Below are positions 25,266 to 41,631 of a DNA stretch of 64,000 bases, piece by piece. The position numbers and the translations under genes are program-made. The notes under the pieces are model-generated. The model searched no databases, had not been told where the DNA came from, and saw only the letters and a list, made by a program, of their open reading frames with translations. The DNA is taken from assembly GCA_964016885.1 (NCBI GenBank), contig OZ024740.1, positions 114,948,001 through 115,012,000 of the forward strand. The letters are read 5' to 3'. The stretch is from Eledone cirrhosa. Taxonomy: Eukaryota. Positions within the stretch are counted from its first letter, which is position 1, and each line of letters begins with the position of its first letter.

Positions 25266-25438
25266 AGTGGTGGATTGGCAGTATCGCCAGAGGGTCGGAT
25301 CTTATGCTTTGCAGCAAAGAGTTACGGCCCTTTATGGCCGAGGTTAACTTTGCCTTTCATTCTTACGGGGTCGATAAATTAAAGTTCCAGTAATACAGTG
25401 GGATAATTGGTGGCCTTGTGCCAAAAGTAGAAACAATT
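25266..25438 (+). mobile_element. SINE family B with internal deletion
   Basis: gtggattggcagtatc head, core and ggccttgtgccaaaagtagaaacaatt tail. Confidence 0.85.
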
Positions 25439-25506
25439 ATATATATATATAAACATATGTATGTATATGTATATATAAATATATATATATACAATTATTT
25501 ACATAC

Positions 25507-25600
<94 letters not shown>

Positions 25601-25605
<5 letters not shown>

Positions 25606-25720
25606 TCAGGACGGATTCAGTTTGAAACTGGTTAGATTATTACTCAACAGAGTACTCGATTCTTGAGATAGTAGAATATGGTATTATAATATACTGAGTC
25701 GGGTGCCGACTCTTTATAAT
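25601..25720. mobile_element. Family A remnant with collapsed hairpin
   Basis: gattcagtttgaaactggttag..cagagtactcgattcttgag is similar to 29360-29430. Short gagtcgg/ccgactc hairpin. Confidence 0.55.
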
Positions 25721-26639
25721 ATATAATACAGGTGTTGATGTCACTTTTTTTTTTTACTACCAAGCCCTAACTCTGTCCTTGCATGATTTATTTGCATGAT
25801 TTATTAATCTACAAGCAGGCCTGTTAATAAATACAGGTTTATGATCCAAAAGGGTAATGAATGCATCACGTTCCGCTAAGCGTTCGACTCTAGTCTATTT
25901 TATAATTATTGGCTATATCTTCAGCCACGTCATTAATCTTATTATAGGTTTTATGTTTGACCTTTCTGTATATATGTGTTATGCTATTAAGTATAATGTT
26001 GTTATATTTTTCCTCGTCCGGTTAACATTTTTTTGTTTTATCCGAAAATACAAAAACATTCTTAGTGTATTTGAATTTCTTAATGTCTTTTATAAGTGTA
26101 TACGGGAAGGAATTATGGTACTTACTAAATGTTATGGTTGCGACTACATTTAACAGGTTAGCTTCGAGCGTGGCTAAATAAGTCCTTAACTCTAGGGGAT
26201 GGGGTGTACTTAACGGAATTAATATTAAATGTTTGGGTGGCAGTGGTTGCCATGTCATCGTCGTCAAACAGAAGAGACTTCTACCTCAATCTATGAACAT
26301 CTTCTACATTATCGAGAAGCAGTTTTGTGTACAAGGTGCTGGTAAGTGTCAGTATGTGTTGGGGGAATAGTTAATCTCGTATAGATCCATATGTAGTAGT
26401 GATAAAAGCATCCAAAGATCAATGAGTCCTCAGTAAAATAGGTAGATATATGCAACTTATTCGAAAAAATCCGAAGGTTTGTGCAACAAATACCCCATAG
26501 GAGCAATATGTGTACGTAGCAATAGCAAAAGGAAAGCAGTATACATATCTTCTCAGCCAGAGAATACCTTCTCTATTTGAGGCTTTTAACATCTCGGGCC
26601 GGATTTCACCTTTGACGACGACCGTGCCAGATTGATTAA

Positions 26640-28397
26640 CTCGTGTAACAAAAAAAATATTTTCTCTGTTCCTGGCTTGTAATCACATTCTCTGTGTTGC
26701 TTAGGTCCCAAATAAATAAAAAAGTGCTATTAAACAGTTAAAAGTTTGGGTTTGTAAAAATTCTAAGCTATTCACTAGAATTATTTGTATGCTGGAGTTT
26801 ACGTTGTATGTAAGTTTAATTTGCTTAGGTTAAATGATTTTTTTTATATATGTGTCAGGTTAAATTAAAATTATAAAATAAATAGCAATACCTAAGGAAA
26901 ATTATAAAAGTGAAATAAAATATCAAATTGTTAAAAAGTGGATTAAAAAGATTTATTGATACTGGGTACCAGAAAAAGTTCCTCACTTTCCAAACCAAAA
27001 AGAAGTCAATGAGTTGGTCAGGGATAAGGGTCTGACCAAGTCCAATGCAGAGCTATTTGTCTCCAGGATGAAGCAGTGGAACTTGGTCAAGAAGGAAGTG
27101 CAGGTGACAAGTCAGAGAAGTCAACACGAACCTTTCTCAGGCTTTTACAATCTTATGGATGGCCTCTGCTTCTGCCATGTCGTGCCTGGACTGTTTGACG
27201 TAATTCGTGTGCCGTTTGTGCCCAAGGAGTGGCGGCTATTTATAGACAGCTCCACCACAAGTTTGAAGGCTGTCCTCCTCCACAATGGAAACAAGTTCCC
27301 TACACTGCCCCTAGCTGATTCAGTCTGCCTGAAGGAAGATTACTACAGTGTGAAAGTCCTATTGGAAGCTCTTCAATACAACCAGTACAATTGGGAAATC
27401 ATTGGAGACTTCAAGATGGTGGATTTCCTGCTTGGACTCGAAGGATGCTTTATCAAATTCCAATGCTTCCTCTGCCTTTGGGACAGCAGAGCCACCTCTG
27501 ACCACTACAAAAGAAAGAACTGGGAGCAGTGAACAGAATTTGTAGTTGGGACCCAGAACGTCATGTGGGATCCACTGGTTGATCCCAGGATTGTGCTCAT
27601 GCCGCCACTGGACATTAAGTTGGCGTTGATGAAGCAGTTTGTGAAGGCTGTCAACCAAGAATCAGCTGCTTTTAAGTACCTTCTTGAGTTCTTCCCCAAG
27701 TTATCTGAGGCCAAAATTAAAGGTGGAATTTTTGTTGGTCATCAGTAAAGAAGGTGTTTGAGTCTACCGAGTTCTCCAATAAGCTCAATAGGATTGAGAG
27801 AACAGCATGGAACTGTTTCAAGGCAGTTGTTAAGGGCTTCCTGGGCAACTACAGAGCTGAAAACTACCAGCAACTGGTGCAGGATCTGATAAAGGCTTTT
27901 GGTGCCATGGGATGCAAGATGTCGCTTAAACTCCAAATGCTGGACGCTCACCTGGAAGAACAAGGCGAACGATTCCACCAAGATGTGAAAGAGATAGAGC
28001 GGAGGTAGCAGGGCCCCTACAATGAAAGAAATGATGGGGGACTATATCTTGGGGCTAGTGCGGGAATGCGACCTGGGCTACAACCGCAAATCCAGGGAGT
28101 CCAGTCATTTCTGACGTGTATAAGTTGCTTTATAAGTGTTATTTGTTTTTAGTTATTTGCTTTTGTAAAGCTTGTGTAATAAAATAAATATATACTCTGT
28201 TGATTTAATTATATGAACTGATAAATTTTAAAAATATGTGTTTTTTCTTGAAAAATATGAAATTTTCGAAATAGCAAACTCATGACCACAAACCCAAACT
28301 TTTCATTAAATAATAGTGTTTTTTTAAATAATAATGGGATATAACAAACCAGGAAATGATACGTAGAACCGGGGAACAAAATATATGTTACACGGTG
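26640..28397 (+). mobile_element. Chapaev3-like (CMC) DNA transposon, internally deleted
   Basis: Imperfect ~110-bp TIRs (cgtgtaac...aaaagtttgggtttgt / acaaacccaaactttt...gttacacggtg), TAA/TTA flanks and a transposase remnant. Confidence 0.8.
26975..28114 (+). pseudogene. Transposase pseudogene (stops and frameshifts)
   Basis: EWRLFIDSS..SLKAVLLHNGN, GDFKMV, CFLCLWDSRA, LSEAKIKGGIFVG, MSLKLQMLDAHL and EQGERFHQD. Confidence 0.88.
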
Positions 28398-28539
28398 TTA
28401 CTAGCACGAATAATACCACTGAAACAGCAACTGCAATATGGTGAAAGAAACAAAAAATAACCATACGTGATCGCCCTTACCGCGGGTTAACAAGGGGCGC
28501 GTTCATGCCTTAGACAGAGGGGTATGTGCGAAAAATATA

Positions 28540-29335
28540 TTGCGGTCTCCATTTCATGCTGCAAAAACTGGCAATGGGCCTTCGACCTTACGTAACCTAA
28601 GAACCCCCCAAAGAGAGGCCCGGAAGGGAGCAAACCTTGACAATTGGAACCTGGAACACCACAATTAGAACCAGGAACATGTGGAAGAAGCTAGATGGTA
28701 CGGGTTAGATATAGTCAGGGATTCCTCAACAAAGTTCCGAGGAAACTGTAGATTTGGATGGAAGATGGAAACTCCACTATTCAGATGTGGCAGCAGAAAT
28801 GATTTCAGGTGGAAGTGGAGATAGTCACCAGCGACCGGCTGTCAGAATGCGTTGTGAATCTCATTAGCAGAGAGGTTTTGCCTCTTGAAGTTTAGGTTGT
28901 TAGATAGGTCTCATTAGGTGGTACAAGTTTATGCACAAAACAAGGATTCCGAAAACAGGTCCTTCGTTGATGAAGACACTGCATCATTAGATGTAGTTAA
29001 GACTGAGTCATATATCCTGAGGGGAGACTCCAATTTACATGTTGTCAGAAACCATCTGACATGGAAAGAAGGGATTGGAAGGAACTGCAGCCCCGTTCTA
29101 AATACAAATGGAGAGGGATTATTCGACTTATTTTCTATCACTGGACTCTCTATTATGAACACCTTCTTCTAGCACAGAGACATCCATAAATATACATGGT
29201 GTAAAAGAATCAGAGACAGAGATCAATAATTGATTTTGTTATTATCTCTGATCTCTTCGATTCTGTGCTGGTTGTTCGTGTTAAGAGAGGGGCTGAACTG
29301 TCAACTGATCACTATCTAGTATTCTGCATCTACAG
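28540..29335 (+). pseudogene. Degenerate RTE-type LINE 5' fragment (AP endonuclease)
   Basis: LTIGTWN, QVYAQN, LRGDSNLHV, NTFF*HRDIHKYTW and KRGAELSTDHYLV. Confidence 0.8.
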
Positions 29336-29349
29336 ACAACATTATATTA

Positions 29350-29550
29350 TAGAAATCAGTTTAGATTCAGTCTGAAACTAGTTAGTCCAATACTACACAC
29401 CATACTCAATACTTAGACCAATAGAGTATGGCTATGTTATAAAGAGTGGGGACCCGACAGCTGAGCTCTTTCCGTCGCAGCATCTAGTTCCAGCCTGGAA
29501 CTAGTTGTTGAAACGAGAAGAGCTTATCCACCGGGTTCCAACTCTTTATA
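29350..29550. mobile_element. Hairpin mini-element (family A, diverged)
   Basis: Imperfect inverted repeat 29439-29549 centred on ctagttccag/ctggaactag, followed by GAAACG. Carries the tactcaatacttag motif. Confidence 0.7.
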
Positions 29551-29553
29551 ATA

Positions 29554-29601
<48 letters not shown>

Positions 29602-29979
29602 ATCTTTTTTTTTTTGTGGCTCCGATATAGGTGAAGGTTTTTTATTATTGGCACTTACCCTACATTCATAGACTAATCTTTCGTTGATAGCACTTTACTC
29701 CAGCAAACAGGACTGCTGAGAGACCCTTTCAGGAACTCATATGTCTGCTGGGTACACAGGCAATAGGTCGTGTGATTTTCCTGCCGGCGGCAAATAAAAC
29801 ATATCGGATTTCATCTGAGGATACCGCTCTCATAACAACAACAAGTGCATGAAGGACTTCTCGATATCAGGGAGAACCGTGGAAATAATTATAATGATTA
29901 AACCTTTTATGTAACCTTGGCATCTTATTTTGTTATGTGTATATATATATATATATATATATAAAAATATACATATATC

Positions 29980-30048
<69 letters not shown>

Positions 30049-30503
30049 TATAATAGTTTAGAAATTCTACGTTTCGAAGGTGACATTTTGGAAATCCGAT
30101 GTGAAAATTGTTTTCAGATTGAAAAATTATCCACCATTTTTTAACCTGGATCATTTTACTTTCCTTTTTGTTTTAAGGATGCAAATGTTAAATTAATCAT
30201 GGCTGCTAATATATTTCAATACTTTGTTTCGTATATGCGATGTTTAACTGGTTGGTGGAACATACAGAAAACACGATTAAGAAACACTTATCTAGCCAAT
30301 ACATATTACAATGATCATATTAATGAAACGATACATACGTAATGCTTCTTATTGATTTTTTCTATATCTCCTCCATTATGTTACCATTAGCAACAACATT
30401 TAATAGATACTTCTTATTTCTTATATTGCATACGTATATATATTGCATTTGAACATCTAAAGTACTTCGGAAATAAAACAGTGGTAGTATTAGAAAGGTT
30501 GCC

Positions 30504-30505
<2 letters not shown>

Positions 30506-30577
<72 letters not shown>
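30506..30577. repeat. (TAG)n microsatellite
   Basis: Seen directly. Confidence 0.95.
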
Positions 30578-30578
<1 letters not shown>

Positions 30579-31027
30579 CAATGGCTAAGTCGACGAGGAA
30601 TATACTGTTGAAGATGTAGAAGTGAAAACACAAAAAAGTAGTAGAAGAAATAGTAAAAGTACATGGAAAAGAATATTGTGGCAGAAATAAAGAAGAAATA
30701 AAATGACAATATAAAAAGACCACTATAAATACGGAAATAATAAATATAAGTAGTAAGAAAAGAAGAAAAGCGTCAAACAATCTCATAATTATGGTAATAG
30801 ATTGACCATTATTAATTAAGCAGAATTAAAATGATCGTTAATTTCCTGATTTTTTATTGTCGTTTTTACGGTCGATTTACAAATTGAACATACATTTAGC
30901 TAAATAATTTCATTGTTTCACAGACTTCAGTATCAATGGTATAATAAATGCGACAGCTATATAAGAAACTATAAACAACAACAACAACAACAGTAACAGG
31001 TATCAGCAATAGAAGCAGTGTTTCAAT

Positions 31028-31168
31028 AATTGTTTCTACTTTTGGCACACGTAAGGATGAAAGGCAAAGTTAACCTCAGCGGGATTTGAAATCAAACCGT
31101 AAAGGGGCGTAACTCTTTGCTGCAAAGCATGACGTCCAACCTTCTACCGATACTGCCAATCCACTACC
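31028..31168 (-). mobile_element. SINE family B with internal deletion
   Basis: Same head and core as 22129-22315. Confidence 0.85.
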
Positions 31169-31744
31169 CTACAGTATTTCAATAATGTCCTTAATTCTAC
31201 TTTGCTGAAGATACAAGCACAAGTTTAGAGCGTTCTATGGGAGGCATTCTGATATTTCTTTTGGTTATTCCTGTTTTGAGAACAAATCACCCCGTCAAGT
31301 AAATGGGTGCTAGCGCCAACAGCTGATCTTTGGGTCTCTTTAACGAAGTTCATTCCGTTTCAAACATTCTGACTCGGGTAGAAGAGCTGATATATGTCGT
31401 TATTTTTGTTGTAGTTGTTTTTTTTTTGTTTTTTTTTGTTTTTTAAATTCATCTAAATAAGCTTCGAAATTCTCCAGCAGTTGAATAAGAACAGCTTGGG
31501 ATTAAATATTTTCTATCTGCTATAGGCTATGGACGTTGTATGTTTTCCTCCATTGAATAGAGTATAAAGCATGCAAGCCTATAATATCAAATATTATTAC
31601 AATATTTTACTAATGAAACTTCGATATGTATAATCTTTTAATTTTAAAATCATCACCGCGCACAATTTAGACGAGGAAAGCAGTAAAGTTTATCTTCTCC
31701 CAATGTCAATAAATATAGAACTATTCTTGGTGGAAACTTTAGAG

Positions 31745-31945
31745 CAGCGTTTCTCAATCTATGTTCCCTGTAACACTAGGGTTCCGCAAGATGTCACTAC
31801 ACTATGGGTTCTGCGGGAAACAGGCATATATAATATAAAATAGGTATATATCAGTAATGGCTTTATGATTATTTTTATGCGGGGGTTCTGAGACATGGAA
31901 ACAATTTCAAGGGTTTCACAAGGGAAAAAAGTTTGAGAAACGCTG
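31745..31945. mobile_element. hAT (Charlie-like) MITE
   Basis: 13-bp perfect TIRs CAGCGTTTCTCAA / TTGAGAAACGCTG and a perfect 8-bp TSD CTTTAGAG (31737-31744 and 31946-31953). Confidence 0.92.
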
Positions 31946-33275
31946 CTTTAGAGTGATCTATGAGAAGCCTTGTAATTGTCCAAGATGACACGAACTCGGG
32001 ATCACACAATTGCGAAGCGAACTTCTTCACCACTCAGCAATGCATTCAACAAAGACTGCTGTTGGACAACGGTTAAATAGAAAAATATTGGAAAATATCG
32101 AACTTAAATTTCACAAAAGTTTTGTTTATTTATATTTTGTGTAGAAACTGAGTCCCCTTATTGAAAAACATGATATTCATCCGTTTATTGGTAGAAAATT
32201 AATCTCACAGATTAAACGAACGTAGCGTCCGTCAATAATATTAAGAGTGAAAATACACGACATATAAACATACGTCGAACCTAAATAAGTAAATATACAA
32301 TGCTGGTTTATATTTCAGAAATTTAACTCGTCGTTATTTTTCTTTTCTGAAGTTCATTATAAGTACACGTTAAAGTAATAGTAATATGATTTTTCAGATT
32401 TCTTATTTTCGTTATTTTTCAATGTATCGTAAATTGAATTGAAATTGGGATTAGCAGGGAAGGCTTAGACAATAATGCATGCTACAAATTACACATATGT
32501 ATCAATTTACCATTTGCGTGTAACATCTATTACACCAAATATATAAAAAATTAGTAAATATATATTTCGTTATTTTTATTTGTTTGTTTATTTGTCTTTC
32601 ATGATCATTTAAATAAGCTTCGAAATTCTCCTGCAGTTAAATGAGAACAGATTATGATTAAATCTTTTCTAAAATTTCGGAAAAATATCCAGAAAAAGAA
32701 AAAGAAAACACACTGCATCACAGGAGTAGTATAATAAAACAAAAGTAATTAGAGAAAAAATACAATACAATTTAAATGTCAATAATAATAACAACAACAA
32801 CAACAACAACAACAATAATAATAAATGAATGAATGATCTTAAATGTCTTTTAAAATCATTAAAAAATTTAAGTAAATGTTTAATTAACTTCTCTTGATTA
32901 GATTCATTAAAATATATTCTAAATTTTTATAGAAATGATCGCCCTCCCCCTCCCACTCCATTCCTATTGAAAAGAGTTTATATAGAAATAATATATAGTG
33001 AACAATATTGGGTCCCCCTGTGCCACTATATTTTACTTGAGTGTGACAGGATTTACTATTTATTGGAGGGGGCGTGGTATAAGTCTGTGCGTATGTATCT
33101 GTGCGTATGTCTGTGTGTGTGTGTTTGTGGTGTATGTTGTTATTCGTTTCTTTTTGGGGAAATTATGTTGTTATAATGCAAAGTTTTAAGTAATTGATTT
33201 CAGTGATTTCTGTGTCCAGCGGGGTTCATGTATAGATTGTAAAAGATCCTTCACAAACAATCCAATTTCGCAAAC

Positions 33276-33316
<41 letters not shown>

Positions 33317-33349
33317 GTGTAGGTGATACATGTAAACGAAACTTCCACG

Positions 33350-33451
<102 letters not shown>

Positions 33452-33828
33452 TTGATAGATAGATGTAGTTAGATATAGATTTAGATATACATATATATAT
33501 ATACATAAATACATACATAATTCATAAATACATACACACATGATGATGGCTTCCCCCTCGTTATCGAGTATGGCCATTGCACGTTATACCATTATTAATA
33601 ATTATTAATTAATTCTATCGTACATACATACATACATACATACATACATACATACATACATACATACATACATACATACATACATACATACATACATACA
33701 TACATGCATAAGCATATATTCATGATTGAATTCAAATAAAATATACGAGGATACTTTGAAGATGTTTGAGGCTAGCGTTGACAAATCTTTCATGCATTAA
33801 TTTCAAATCTTTTGATATATATATATAT

Positions 33829-34020
33829 AACGAAGGAATTGTGGTAAGGAACCAGACGGACCATATCGCACCAGAGTACTCAATACTTAGGGTAGTAGCG
33901 TGGGTAATAGGAAAAAGTATGACCCCGACGGCAGAGCTCAAGCCATTTAGACGGCTATTTCTGGACTCCAGAAATAGCCGTCGAAACGGCTTGAGCTCTG
34001 CCGTCGGGGTCATACTTTTT

Positions 34021-34025
<5 letters not shown>
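33829..34025. mobile_element. Hairpin mini-element (family A) in (TA)n
   Basis: Near-perfect ~59-bp arms at 33907-34025 centred at 33966. The left arm extends ~80 bp further. Confidence 0.88.
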
Positions 34026-34071
<46 letters not shown>

Positions 34072-36089
34072 TTATATACACACACTACATTTGAATACCT
34101 ATTCTGTCGTTGTTTGATAAAGAATAAACTTTGTGTACATCATACATATTTCATATATAGCGCGTGTTTGTGTACGTTCATATTATACATTTGTAAACTC
34201 TGTGAATGAATTTATATTACGCTACAGTATAGTGAAAATCAAATATGAAGCTTACTTTGCGAAATTTAAAAAAATACAGTATTTGAATGAGAATATATAG
34301 AAATAAATATTCTTTTAAAAATCGAGGTTTATGAAGTTAAAATAAAATGAACTGGGAATCAGGCGAGATAAGTGTTTTCAACAAACGATAAAAAATAGTA
34401 AAAGTCACGAAACTTGATAACAAAAATAATATACATAAAAAAGGACGCTCAACCTATCAAGATAATATAAGATTGGGATATTAAATGTATTTGAAACCGG
34501 AGGAAGCCCCAGAAAAAATTGTTTTCATGCTGCTCAAGTTTATTTTAATTTTATTTGAAGATGGAAATGGAATATAAATAAACATATAATTGAATCGATA
34601 CCACTTTCTTTTAAGGAAAAACATGTTTATATATAATCTAAAAATGTAATAGAAGTGTTGTTATCTTTAGCTACTTAAATGGCCGTGTTCAGTTTACTAT
34701 TTTTCCTATTATATTAAGGAAAATGCAGAAGGCGTATCGTCAACTTGGATTTAAAATTCTGACGTTCGTAATCTTCCGTCGTAGCCATCACCACATCATA
34801 GTGCGTTTTAGAATAACTCTATGTGGTCACTCGGCCGGGGAGATAACGCAGCCAAATTTCCTTGAAACCTAAGTCTTGTCTCTAATGACACTGAAAGGCG
34901 GCTGAAAAAACTGAATATCTATATCTTATGCCATTACATTTTACAGACTGATTATAATGCTTTGGTCAATTCTAGCTTTACCATATTGTAGCGTACACTC
35001 TTTACAATTTTGTGGATCGATTAGATTGGAGCATATGTTGACGCATTTTACCGAAGGAAGGGTTTAACTAGTCACGTGCTTCATTGGCTAACAATGCCAT
35101 TTGCAAGCAGGGTCCAATAAGCCGAGGTTGTATATGCGCTGGCATGAACTGAGGCTTAGGAATTCCCAAAGGATTCTCGCTGGTGGGAAAGATCTGCTAC
35201 CGTTTATCAGGCTTGTTTCTTTCGGCTGGCAGAAGGCAGTGCTGTTCACATACATACTATTGGAAAAGAGAAAGAATTAGTATTTGGAATGAGATTGGAA
35301 ATAGTGACGGCATATATTTTACTCATCGACAATGCCTTATCAATTCCTTCAAATACCATTTTCAGTGCAATTTAAGGGTGGAAAGGTGGGTATTACTCTA
35401 CACTAAATTCGCTCAAAAATGGTTGCGATTGACGAGAATGTCCTGAGTGAATCGTCTTACACCCAGCACGCCTCTGTAAACCAGATAATGACATCCGAAA
35501 GAGGAGAGGGCACCTGATATTGACAGTATTGATAATTATAAGATCTGTGAGATATGTAAGGATGACTCTATTGTGATTCAGTTAGGTGCCCCATTATCGG
35601 GATATATTTTTCTATTCATATCTCATTGTCTTTTAATATTATTTTTACCACGCAATGTTTTCCTAACCCTAGATTCTATAAATCCCTCACTTTCGTGTAA
35701 CTTCTGCTTGTAACGTAATTTCATCTATTGCCCTTGAGGAAAAATAAAGAAATAATTATTATTATTATATATATCTATTCTATATATTTTTGCCAATATT
35801 ATTTTATTATCAGTTAGGTTATTTCCATTATTATCACTAAGATTACATTTAGATTTAACATATATTTCTTTCCACACACATACAGGCATTCACATATACA
35901 TAAACAAACAGTTCCCCCTCAGGCTCCATTCCCACTAAGATTTGTAATAGAGACGTTCTTTAATTTTTTAATATTTTTTTCACTCTCTACCATTCTTCTC
36001 TTCCCGCTTTCTTCTTTCGTGTTTCTCTCCTTTGTTTGCTTATTTTTTTAAATTTCCTAGTTACTTTTACTGTCAAGTTTATTCTACCT

Positions 36090-36188
<99 letters not shown>

Positions 36189-36255
36189 GATTGTATATGT
36201 GCATGTATCTGTAAATATATATTTAATCACACACACACACATACACACATACGCA

Positions 36256-36286
<31 letters not shown>

Positions 36287-36567
36287 TCATTTTGTGTACT
36301 TCAATTTTCAATCTGTTTGATAAGTTATGAATTCACCTGAGAGTCCCATTGTTTCCAATAGAGTTTCTCATTTAATTTTTTTTTATTTCCACTATTTGTG
36401 GAAATATGGAGCCCTTAAGAGAACCCATTAATATACTATACTTCAGTTAGTGCTATTATGGTGACATTCTCTATTCTTTTTTCCCTCTCTCTCTCTAATT
36501 TTCTTTCTATATTCTCCTTGGATTTTAATATGTTCAATGATTCACACGCAGTCATATGCACACATAA

Positions 36568-37933
<1,366 letters not shown>

Positions 37934-38220
37934 TATATGTATGTATATATGTATATAAGTATATATGCATATATGTATGTATATATGTATGTATGGTATA
38001 TATGTATGTATATATATATGTCTGTATGTATGTATATATGTATATAAATATATATGTATATATGTATGTACGTATGTATGTATGTATATATGTATGTATG
38101 TATGTATATATGTATATATGTATGTATGTATATATGTATGTATGGTATGTATGTATATATGTATGTATATATATATATATGTCTGTATGTATGTATATAT
38201 GTATATAAATATATCTATGT

Positions 38221-38828
38221 CAGGTCACCAGTTGGTGCTACTGGTAACATGTATCCCAGTACAACCTGTCTCATGGTCGGGTCGTTGGCGACTAAATTGG
38301 CAACCCCACCAAGGTCTCTTGGTGAGGAGGGTGACTTTGGACATCCTGCAGGACTAAAAACAAAACCTGTCAAAGGGCAAAGGAGCTCTTAAGAGTCAAT
38401 GGCCATCCAAAATCACCGGGAGAGATGACCTCTTAGCCATTGTCAAGGCAGAATTCTAGGAGAAGGAAAACTGTGATATAACACCTGCAACCCTGATGGT
38501 ATCCAATGATGTTGACATGTTCTTCTTTTTGGTAAATATCATCTTGGTTAAGAGAGTGGGACTGGCTTTGTGCAGTGCATTTGCTCACTATAAAAGCTTC
38601 ACGGCACAGTCATTGCTTTATATCTGGAGATCTCTCTGCACTTGTCGTCACATGGTACCATGGGCCCAGCACTATGTGTCAGTAGTTGTCACAAGTGTAG
38701 TGTTTGTACCAGAGTTTTCAAGTCGCTGGCTGGACTCAAAAGTCACACTCGTTCAGCGCATCGGTAGGGGTTCTCCTACATGGATATAAAGTAGTGGCCG
38801 TACTCGAAAACGAGTTGGCAGCCACCAT
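38221..38828 (+). mobile_element. Probable RTE-type LINE 5'UTR fragment embedded in (TATG)n
   Basis: GC-richer island containing ctaggagaaggaaaactgtga, a motif I associate with RTE 5'UTRs. No coding motif. Confidence 0.45.
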
Positions 38829-39193
38829 ATAAATATATATGTATATATGTATGCATGTATGTATGTATGTATATATGTATATATGTATGTATGTATGTAT
38901 TTATGTATATATGTATGTAGGGTATGTATGTATGTATATATATATATGTCTGTATGTATATATGTATATAAGTATATATGTATATATGTATGTATGTATA
39001 TATGTATATGTATGTATGGTATGTATGTATGTATATATATGTCTGTATGTATGTATTTGTATGTATGTTTTTTTCTAAATTTGTTAATATCCGTATTCTG
39101 TGTATATCATTATTCAATCATAATGTACTTTTGATAAAGTATATTTTAATATGTATACGATAACAGAACAAACAAACAAAACAACGCAACAGC

Positions 39194-39234
39194 AACTACT
39201 ACTAACAGCAAGTCCACTACTACTACTACTACTG

Positions 39235-39285
<51 letters not shown>

Positions 39286-39294
39286 ACACCACCT

Positions 39295-39345
<51 letters not shown>

Positions 39346-39981
39346 ACACCACCTCCACTACTACTACTACTACTACTACTACTAACACCACCTCCACTAC
39401 TACTACTACAGCTACTACCACCCCAGCCACTACTACTACTACTAGTAACACCACCTCCACTACTACTACTACAGCTACTACCACCCCAGCCACTGCTACA
39501 ACTAATACTACTAGTAATACCACCTCCACTACTACTACTACAGCTACTACCAGCCAGCCACTACTACAACAACGACTACTACTACTACTACTACTAGTAA
39601 CACCACCTCCACTACTACTATTACAGCTACTACCACCCCAGCCACTACTACAACAACAACTACTGCTACTACTACTAGAAACACCACCTCTACTACTACT
39701 ACTACAGCTACTACCACCCCAGCCACTACTACAACAACAACTACTACTACTACTACTAGTAAAACCACCTCCACTACTACTACTACAGCTACTACCACCC
39801 CAGCCACTACTACAACAACAACTACTACTACTACTAGTAACACCACCTCCACTACTACTACTACAGCTACTACCACCCCAGCCACTACTACAACAACAAC
39901 TACTACTACTACTAGTAACACCACCTCAACTACTACTACTACTACTACAGCTACTACCACCCCAGCCACTACAACAACACA

Positions 39982-40039
<58 letters not shown>

Positions 40040-40482
40040 TATACGCCGCTACCACCACCACTACTACTGCCACCACCACAATGACTACTACTACTACCAG
40101 CACCACCACCACTACTATTACTATTACCACTACGACGACGACAACCACCACTACTACTACTATGACTACTGATACTACCATCAACCACAGTAACTACTAC
40201 TACTAGCACCTCTACCGCTTCTACTACCACTACTGCTATTACTACCACCACCACCACTATTACTACTACTACTACTACTACAACTACTACTACTATTAGC
40301 ACCACCTCAGTCAATACTACTACCAACACTACCACCACCACCACTACTACGACTACTACTACTTCCACCACCACCACCACAATATCTACTACTACCAGCA
40401 CCACTATACTACCATCACTATTACCACCACCACCGCCACCACCACCAACACCACTACTACTACCACCACCCCTACTACTACT
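39194..40482. repeat. (CTA)/(CCA) low-complexity tract with ~60-bp higher-order unit
   Basis: Repeated agtaacaccacctccactactactactacagctactaccaccccagccactactac. Confidence 0.9.
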
Positions 40483-40867
40483 AAAATAATAATGGACACT
40501 TTTCCCCCTCTTTACCTGTTGCCAAACGTTATACACACACACACATGCATGACTAAACTGTCAGCGCGCACTGAAAATATTTCAAGTTCAAACAATTTTT
40601 GCCTACAATCAGTTATACTCAGTGAGTCATAATGAGGAAGGATTCTTCTCTAAACTGGTCACATGTGCGTAAAAATATGTTACTTGCCAATAAAGGTAAA
40701 GCTTGTGTATCAGAGAGAACCATTAGCTGTTCCTTAGGGGCAGAACTTGTTTTGTTTACTTCATTTACCTTGTATTTCTTTTGGTTGGGTTGGGTTGGGT
40801 TTTTTTTCTTCTTGTAATGTAGAAGTAATCTATTCATTGAGACCTCAAGATTTGTATGATATCGCTT

Positions 40868-41577
40868 AGTGATGGTGGTTGTAGTGGTGGTGGTGGTGAT
40901 TGTGGTGGTGGTGGTAATGGTGATTGTAGTAGTGATGGTGGTGGTGGTGGTGGTGTTGGTGGTGGTGGTAGTGATGATTGTGGTAGCGGTGGTGGTTGTG
41001 GTGGTGGTGGTTGTGTTAGTGATGAATGTGGTGGCGGTGGTGATGGTAGTGGTGAATGTGGTGGTGGTGGTGGTAATGGTGGTGGTAGTGGGGTAGAGGT
41101 GGTCGTGTTGATGACAGTGGCGGTGATTGCTGTAGTGGTGGTTGTGTTAGTGGTGGTAGTGGTGGCGGTAATGCTGGTGGTAGTGATGGTGGTGAGGGTA
41201 ATGGTGGTGGTAGTGGTGGCAGTGGTGGTGGTGATGACGGTGGCGGTGATTGCGGTAGTGGTGGTGGTGTTAGTGGTGGTAGTGGTAGTGGTAATGCTGG
41301 TGGTCGTGATGGTGGTGAGGGTAATGGTGGTGATGGTGTTGATGATGGTGATGATGGTGGTTTTGGTGGTGGTGGTGACGGCGGTGGTAGAGGTGATGTT
41401 GCTGGTGGTGGTTGTGGGTGACGGTAGTGGTAATGGTGGCGGTGTGGGTGGTGGAGCCGGAGGTAATTGTGGTGGTGGTGGTGGTGGTAGTAGTACTGGG
41501 AGTGAATGTTGTTGTGCACAAGCAACATCGCAACTGTGGCTGTATCAACAAATTCCTCAGTATCATCATCATCATCT

Positions 41578-41631
<54 letters not shown>

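Noticed and set aside
26271-26341. Possible short plus-strand exon (acag|...gctg|gtaagt)
   Set aside because: Weak pyrimidine tract and no homology I can recognise. Cannot be supported without transcripts.
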